Assembly (NCBI GenBank): GCA_039795475.1
Contig: JBDKLU010000031.1
Coordinates: 1-30,342 of the forward strand
Reading direction: 5' to 3'
DNA: 30,342 bases
Source of the DNA: Actinomycetota bacterium
GTDB taxonomy: Bacteria > Actinomycetota > Actinomycetes > Actinomycetales > Microbacteriaceae
Below the pieces are notes generated by a model. It did not search any database. It was given only the letters and a program-made list of their open reading frames with translations, and was not told where the DNA came from. Below are positions 25,172 to 30,342 of this stretch, piece after piece; positions within the stretch are counted from its first letter, which is position 1; every line of letters starts with the position of its first letter. The translations under genes were made by a program, and so were the position numbers.

Positions 25172-25250
25172 GGCTCGTTTCAGCCCGATTCTCAGTCGGC
25201 AGGAAGATTTTCTGTGATTTTCTGGGGGAAACCCTTACTTTTGTCGAGCC

Positions 25251-25359
25251 TATAATCTCGGTCTAGTAGCGTTCCAAATATGTCGCATTCGACAGGCTAG
25301 CCTCACGAATCGCATAGCCGGTTGTCACGTGTTGGGGGCGTGATAACCGGCTTCTTTTA
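25251..25359 (+). ncRNA. Candidate small RNA (promoter at 25251-25256, transcript ~25263-25359)
   Basis: Perfect TATAAT, no sizeable ORF, internal hairpin TGTCG-CATT-CGACA and a + strand terminator at the end. No known family was recognised. Confidence 0.4.
25316..25359 (+). terminator. Intrinsic terminator oriented on the + strand
   Basis: AGCCGGTTGTCACG-(9-nt loop)-CGTGATAACCGGCT followed by TCTTTTA. The single imperfect pair is G.U on + but A.C on -. Confidence 0.82.
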
Positions 25360-25368
25360 TGCCTGCCT

Positions 25369-28269
25369 CTAGCCCTGTTCGAAAGCTTCAGGCGATGGGC
25401 ACGAGCAGACCAGGTTGCGGTCACCGAACGCGTTGTCGATGCGCCGAACCGGAGGCCAGTACTTTCCGCGAATGCGCTCAGTCGATCGAACCGACTTCTC
25501 TCCCAGCGCGAAGGGGTACACGCCCTGTTCACGAGAGTAAGGACGATCCCACGCGCTCGTGAGGTCAGCGGCAGTGTGTGGAGCGTTTACCAGCGGGTTG
25601 TTATCCGCTGGCCACTTACCAGCAGCCACATCGTCGGCTTCTTGGCGGATTGCGATCATGGCATCGATGAAGCGATCAAGCTCGGCAAGATCCTCACTCT
25701 CGGTCGGCTCCACCATGAGTGTGCCTGCAACCGGGAAGCTCATCGTCGGTGCGTGGAAGCCGAAGTCAACCAAACGCTTGGCAACATCATCCACGGTCAC
25801 CCCTGTTGCCGCGGTAAGCGGGCGCAAATCGAGAATGCACTCGTGGGCGACCAGGCCATTGTCACCGGTGTAGAGCACAGGGAAGTGCTCGTTGAGTCGG
25901 CGAGCAATGTAGTTGGCAGCAAGCACTGCAGAAGCCGTTGCGCGACGAATGCCGTCTTCACCCATTAAGCGAACGTATGCCCAGGAGATGGGAAGGATGC
26001 TCGGGCTTCCGTACGGGGCGGCGGAAATTTGCGCCCCCTCGTGAACAACTCGTGTTACCTCATCGTTCTTCACCAGGACATGCTTGCGGCTCTGCGCAAA
26101 CGGGTGCCCCGGCAGGAACGGTGCGAGGTGGGCTTTGGCCGCGACCGGACCGACGCCCGGTCCGCCGCCACCGTGAGGAATGCAGAATGTCTTGTGCAGG
26201 TTGAGGTGCGAGACATCGCCGCCGAGGTCGCCATAGCGCGCGAATCCCGTCATGGCGTTCATGTTTGCACCATCAACGTAAACCTGACCGCCGGCAGCGT
26301 GAACCGCTTCGGTGATGTCGAGCACGTCGTGTTCGTAAACGCCGTGGGTTGAAGGGTAGGTGATCATCAGCGCAGCAAGAGAATCTGCATGAGTCGCGAT
26401 TTTTTCGCGCAAGTCACCGAGGTCGACGTTTCCGTTCTCGTCACAGGCGACGACAACGACGCTCATACCTGCAAGCACAGCACTCGCCGCGTTCGTTCCG
26501 TGAGCACTCGACGGGATGAGGCACACGGTGCGACCAGTGTCACCGTTCGCGAGGTGGAAACCACGAATTGCGAGCAGACCCGCAAGTTCACCCTGGCTGC
26601 CCGCGTTGGGCTGAAGAGAAATGGTGTCGTATCCGGTGACATCAACCAACCAGGATTCAAGCTGCTTGATGAGTTCCAGGTAACCGGCGACATCGGCACT
26701 GGGCGCGAACGGGTGAATGCCAGCAAACTCGGGCCAGGTGACCGCTTCCATCTCGGTCGCCGCATTGAGCTTCATGGTGCACGAACCCAGCGGGATCATT
26801 CCTCGATCGAGTGCATAGTCATAGTCGGCAAGACGCTTGAGGTAACGCATCATGCTGGTCTCGGAGTGGTGCGTGTTGAACACCAGGTGAGTCAAAAACT
26901 CGGACTCGCGCTTGAGGTCGTCGGGAATCACATTCTGGGCTTCGACGAATGCGCCGGTAGCTCCAAACAACTGAGCAACGGCCTCAACCTCTGCCTCAGT
27001 CGTCGTTTCATCCACTGAAATGGTCAGTGTGTTGTCATCGATCAGGTTCAGTAAGAACCCTTGATCGCGTGCTTCTTCCGCAATCGCTCCGGCTCGACCC
27101 GGCACGTGAATCATCAGAGTGTCGAAGTAATTCTTGTGCACCACAGGTTGGCCGACACCAGCCAAAAGCGCGGCCAGAGCGGTTGCCTTGGAGTGAACAT
27201 CCCGCGCGATATCGCGCAGTCCGTCTGGGCCGTGGTAGACCGCGTACATGCCCGCCATAACAGCCAACAAGACTTGAGCCGTGCAAATGTTCGACGTCGC
27301 CTTTTCACGGCGGATGTGCTGCTCGCGAGCTTGCAACGTCAGTCGATATGCCATTTCACCGTTTGCGTCTTTGGATACACCCACGAGACGACCGGGCATG
27401 CTGCGCTCTAGACCGGAACGAACCGCCAAATAACCGGCGTGCGGGCCACCAAAGCCAAGTGGCACACCGAAGCGCTGCGTTGTGCCCGCAGCGATGTCAG
27501 CGCCCAACTCTGCCGGCGACTTGAGCAGTGTCAGGGCAAGCAGATCGGCCATCACAATGGTGATTGCGCCAGACTTCTTAGCTCGGTCAATCGCCCAGGT
27601 GGGGTTCCACACGCGACCTGAAGCACCCGGATACTGAACGAGCATGCCAAACCCAGAAGGGTCATCGCCGGCAAGTAGGTCGGCAATACGAATCTCGATG
27701 CCGAGAGGTTCAGCGCGACCAGTCAACAATGACAGCGTCTGAGGCAGCACGTCTTTGTCCACGACAAACACATGGGACTCGCTCTTCGAGGCTCGACGCG
27801 CCATAAGCATGGCTTCGACGGCAGCGGTTCCCTCATCCAGCATGGAGGCGTTTGCGATGTCGAGACCCGTGAGGTCGGTGACCATCGTTTGAAAGTTGAT
27901 GAGCGCTTCGAGGCGTCCTTGCGAAATCTCGGGCTGGTATGGCGTGTACGCCGTGTACCAGCTGGGGTTTTCGAGCACGTTTCGCTTGATGACGGCCGGA
28001 GTGATGGTGTCGTAGTAGCCCTGGCCTATGAACGAACGACGAACAGTGTTGTTTCTCGCGAGCATGCGAAGCTCGGCAAGCACCTCACGCTCCGACACCG
28101 GGTCAGGTAGAAGGCCCGAGCCGATGGGGCGGAACTTATCAACGTGAATCGACTCGGGAATTGCCGCTTCGATCAGTGTTTCGATGGAGTCGAATCCCAG
28201 TTCGGCGAGCATCGCCGACTGTGCACTCTCATCGGTTCCGATGTGGCGATCAACAAACTGCTCGGGCAT
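25369..28269 (-). CDS. gcvP: Glycine dehydrogenase (decarboxylating), P protein
   Basis: [59 protein letters not shown] (PLP lysine) and GDRNLVCSC. Confidence 0.98.
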   Translation of the reverse strand: MPEQFVDRHIGTDESAQSAMLAELGFDSIETLIEAAIPESIHVDKFRPIGSGLLPDPVSEREVLAELRMLARNNTVRRSFIGQGYYDTITPAVIKRNVLENPSWYTAYTPYQPEISQGRLEALINFQTMVTDLTGLDIANASMLDEGTAAVEAMLMARRASKSESHVFVVDKDVLPQTLSLLTGRAEPLGIEIRIADLLAGDDPSGFGMLVQYPGASGRVWNPTWAIDRAKKSGAITIVMADLLALTLLKSPAELGADIAAGTTQRFGVPLGFGGPHAGYLAVRSGLERSMPGRLVGVSKDANGEMAYRLTLQAREQHIRREKATSNICTAQVLLAVMAGMYAVYHGPDGLRDIARDVHSKATALAALLAGVGQPVVHKNYFDTLMIHVPGRAGAIAEEARDQGFLLNLIDDNTLTISVDETTTEAEVEAVAQLFGATGAFVEAQNVIPDDLKRESEFLTHLVFNTHHSETSMMRYLKRLADYDYALDRGMIPLGSCTMKLNAATEMEAVTWPEFAGIHPFAPSADVAGYLELIKQLESWLVDVTGYDTISLQPNAGSQGELAGLLAIRGFHLANGDTGRTVCLIPSSAHGTNAASAVLAGMSVVVVACDENGNVDLGDLREKIATHADSLAALMITYPSTHGVYEHDVLDITEAVHAAGGQVYVDGANMNAMTGFARYGDLGGDVSHLNLHKTFCIPHGGGGPGVGPVAAKAHLAPFLPGHPFAQSRKHVLVKNDEVTRVVHEGAQISAAPYGSPSILPISWAYVRLMGEDGIRRATASAVLAANYIARRLNEHFPVLYTGDNGLVAHECILDLRPLTAATGVTVDDVAKRLVDFGFHAPTMSFPVAGTLMVEPTESEDLAELDRFIDAMIAIRQEADDVAAGKWPADNNPLVNAPHTAADLTSAWDRPYSREQGVYPFALGEKSVRSTERIRGKYWPPVRRIDNAFGDRNLVCSCPSPEAFEQG

Positions 28270-28282
28270 GAATTCCTTAGTT

Positions 28283-28654
28283 TTATTCGCCGATGAGAGC
28301 GTTGTATTCGTCAGCGCTCAAAAGTGCGCCAGTTGACTCGACACGAATCTTGATCAGCCAGCCAGCGCCGAACGGGTCGCTGTTGACTAGCTCGGGGCTT
28401 GCAACGACCGCGTCGTTGACCTCGAGAACTTCACCTGATGCAGGGGCGAAGAGCTCACCGACTGACTTGGTCGACTCAATTTCGCCCACGACAGTTCCAG
28501 CGGCGATAGCAGCACCCACCTTGGGCAGCTCAACGTAGACAACATCGCCAAGCTTTTCGGCAGCGTAAGCCGTAATGCCGACAACAGCGGTGTCGCCGTC
28601 AACGCGAAGCCATTCGTGTTCTTCGGTGTACGAGAGTTCCTGTGGGTTAGCCAT
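28283..28654 (-). CDS. gcvH: Glycine cleavage H protein
   Basis: [30 protein letters not shown] (lipoyl lysine) and [10 protein letters not shown]. Confidence 0.97.
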   Translation of the reverse strand: MANPQELSYTEEHEWLRVDGDTAVVGITAYAAEKLGDVVYVELPKVGAAIAAGTVVGEIESTKSVGELFAPASGEVLEVNDAVVASPELVNSDPFGAGWLIKIRVESTGALLSADEYNALIGE

Positions 28655-28656
28655 GG

Positions 28657-29820
28657 TTAGTTCTTCTTTCGCGAATAGAAGGGCAGTGCTGTAACGGTAT
28701 AGGAGTGTCGTGAACCACGGATGTCCACATCAAGGTGAGTCCCTGGTTCTGTTTGCGAGGCATCGACGAATGCCATTGCGACCGGGTACCCGAGTGTCGG
28801 CGAAAGAGCGCCCGAGGTAACGACCCCGACGCGCTGGTCGCCGGCGAAAACCTCGTATTCTGCACGAGCAGCCCGCTTGCCATCGCCCACCAGACCAACC
28901 AAAACAGGTGCGTCCGACGGAAGCTGCCGCTGAAGCGCTGCCCGACCGACGAAATCACCATCTTTGGTAAAGGCAACAGCGCGACCAAGACCCGCCTGGT
29001 CAGGACGAGTGGTCAGATCGAGTTCGTGGCCGTAAAGCGGCATACCGGCTTCGAGTCGGAGCGTGTCACGGCAGGCCAGTCCGGCAGGAACTAAGCCGTG
29101 GGCCTCTCCCGCTTCACTCAATGCCACCCAAAGATCACGCGCGTGTTCGGCATCGATGTACAACTCGAAACCGTCTTCACCGGTGTATCCCGTTCGCCCG
29201 ATGAGAACTGAGTTGCCCAAGAACTGTGCCGGCAAAGACCAGTAGTACTTCAGGTCTGAAAGCGAAGCCTGTGGCCGATCAGCAGCTGAGTCAGCAAGCT
29301 CGAGCCCGACTGTGCTTTCGAGAATCGCTCGGGCGTTCGGCCCCTGAACAGCGATCAGTGCAGTCTCATCGCTCTGGTCGACGACGACAGCGCGAAAACC
29401 CGCGGTTCGTGCAACCAGTGGCGGAACAACGTTGAATCGGTTGCCGGCGTTGGCAACAACGAGAAAGTGTTCGAGACCAAGGCGGTAGATGATCAAGTCA
29501 TCAATGATGCCACCGGCTTCGTTGAGAAGTAGCGAGTACTTGGCCTGGCCTATCGCGAGCTTGCTGACATCTGCCGAAACTGCGTAGTTCAAGTAGCCAA
29601 CGGCGTCTGGGCCGGTGACCGAAATTTCGGCCATGTGCGAAATGTCGAAAATTCCGGCAGATTCGCGAACGGCGTGGTGTTCAGCGAGATCGCTCGAATA
29701 GCGAACGGGCATTTCCCAGCCGGCAAAGTCGGTGAAAGACGCACCGCGAGAAACGTGCACATCATGCAGTGGCGAGTAGCGCGCAGATGCTGCGGGAGCG
29801 GGTGCAGAGGAATCAGACAA
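28657..29820 (-). CDS. gcvT: Glycine cleavage aminomethyltransferase, T protein
   Basis: [33 protein letters not shown] and [18 protein letters not shown]. The start is uncertain: TTG 29820 is preferred because the track's ATG 29871 lies inside the riboswitch. Confidence 0.93.
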   Translation of the reverse strand: MSDSSAPAPAASARYSPLHDVHVSRGASFTDFAGWEMPVRYSSDLAEHHAVRESAGIFDISHMAEISVTGPDAVGYLNYAVSADVSKLAIGQAKYSLLLNEAGGIIDDLIIYRLGLEHFLVVANAGNRFNVVPPLVARTAGFRAVVVDQSDETALIAVQGPNARAILESTVGLELADSAADRPQASLSDLKYYWSLPAQFLGNSVLIGRTGYTGEDGFELYIDAEHARDLWVALSEAGEAHGLVPAGLACRDTLRLEAGMPLYGHELDLTTRPDQAGLGRAVAFTKDGDFVGRAALQRQLPSDAPVLVGLVGDGKRAARAEYEVFAGDQRVGVVTSGALSPTLGYPVAMAFVDASQTEPGTHLDVDIRGSRHSYTVTALPFYSRKKN

Positions 29821-29858
29821 GAGTTCTCGAATCTGGCCAACGGCCGATTGATGGAACT

Positions 29859-30058
29859 CCCCCTCTGTCATTGATGCCTGAGAGTTTCACCTCGACGTAG
29901 GTCTGAGGCTTTCACCGTGGGCGAGGATGCTCGAGGCATCCTTCTTTTCAGAGTGACCAGTTCGACGCGGTGCATTCACCTGAGAGATTGTCGGGGAGGA
30001 TTGCTCCTTCGGTGTTCGTACGACTGCTACGAACTCTCCCGCATCGACCTTATGGTCC
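29859..30058 (-). ncRNA. Tandem glycine riboswitch
   Basis: Aptamer 1: GCGGGAGAG...CACCGAAGGAGCAA...AATCTCTCAGG. Aptamer 2: CTCTGAAAAG...CGGTGAAAG...AAACTCTCAGGC...GACAGAG. It lies upstream of gcvTHP, with a candidate -10 TAGCCT at 30078-30083. Confidence 0.93.
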
Positions 30059-30083
30059 GTTATTCAGTTGTAAGGACAGGCTA

Positions 30084-30342
30084 TCAGGCGTGTGATTTGA
30101 GACGGCGTTTACGCGCGCTCGACACGATTTGCGAGACAGAAACTCCAATGATCGCGATGAGGAATACCGCTGAGGCGACAACGTTCGCTTCAGCCGGTAC
30201 GCCGCGAACGGCCGAGATGTAGATGAACGTGGGGAACGTTTGCATCGAGCCAGAGTTGAAGTACGTGATGATGAAGTCGTCAAAGCTGAGTGCGAACGAG
30301 AGTAGCGCGGCGGCGGCGATGCCGGGCATCAGCAGCGGGAAC
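30084..30342 (-). CDS. potC: Polyamine ABC permease (PotC-like), 5'-truncated by the window
   Basis: The frame is open to the window end (FPLLMPGIAAAALLSFALSFDDFIITYFNSG...TFPTFIY), a PotC/PotI-type C-terminus. Confidence 0.78.
   Translation of the reverse strand, partial: FPLLMPGIAAAALLSFALSFDDFIITYFNSGSMQTFPTFIYISAVRGVPAEANVVASAVFLIAIIGVSVSQIVSSARKRRLKSHA

Noticed and set aside
29821-29871. ATG 29871 as the gcvT start
   Set aside because: It lies within aptamer 2 (AAUGACAGAG) of the riboswitch and has no SD.
29917-30222. 101-aa + strand ORF
   Set aside because: Antisense to the glycine riboswitch and potC.
1-30342. CRISPR arrays, tRNA/rRNA genes, IS elements, prophage or defence genes
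   Set aside because: I saw no regularly spaced repeats, cloverleaf or rRNA signatures, or transposase/integrase motifs.

Overview
A compact housekeeping region from a GC-rich actinobacterium. Gene content and order suggest Microbacteriaceae with a streamlined layout (inference). In order: MgtE-N/CBS protein (5'-truncated), DUF1003, Mrp/ApbC, DUF998-like membrane protein, tatB, O-methyltransferase, a 55-aa DUF3117 protein missed by the ORF track, GT-C/PIG-V-like glycosyltransferase, dapE, dapD, DsbA/FrnE oxidoreductase, heterodimeric ABC exporter, gltA, dapC, fdxA, small membrane protein, stand-alone efeU/FTR1 with DtxR/IdeR boxes, typA, Opp/Dpp-type peptide ABC operon, CPBP protease, orphan lipoprotein, gcvP-gcvH-gcvT under a tandem glycine riboswitch, and a potC-like permease cut by the window end. 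No rRNA, tRNA, CRISPR array or mobile element was found. The strongest leads are non-coding: a candidate ~95-nt sRNA (TATAAT plus a + strand terminator) between the lipoprotein and gcvP, six TANNNT-N6-start leaderless promoters, iron boxes between divergent efeU and ferredoxin units, and an RBS-sequestering hairpin after the riboswitch. Product calls come from motif recognition by eye, and no database search was run.
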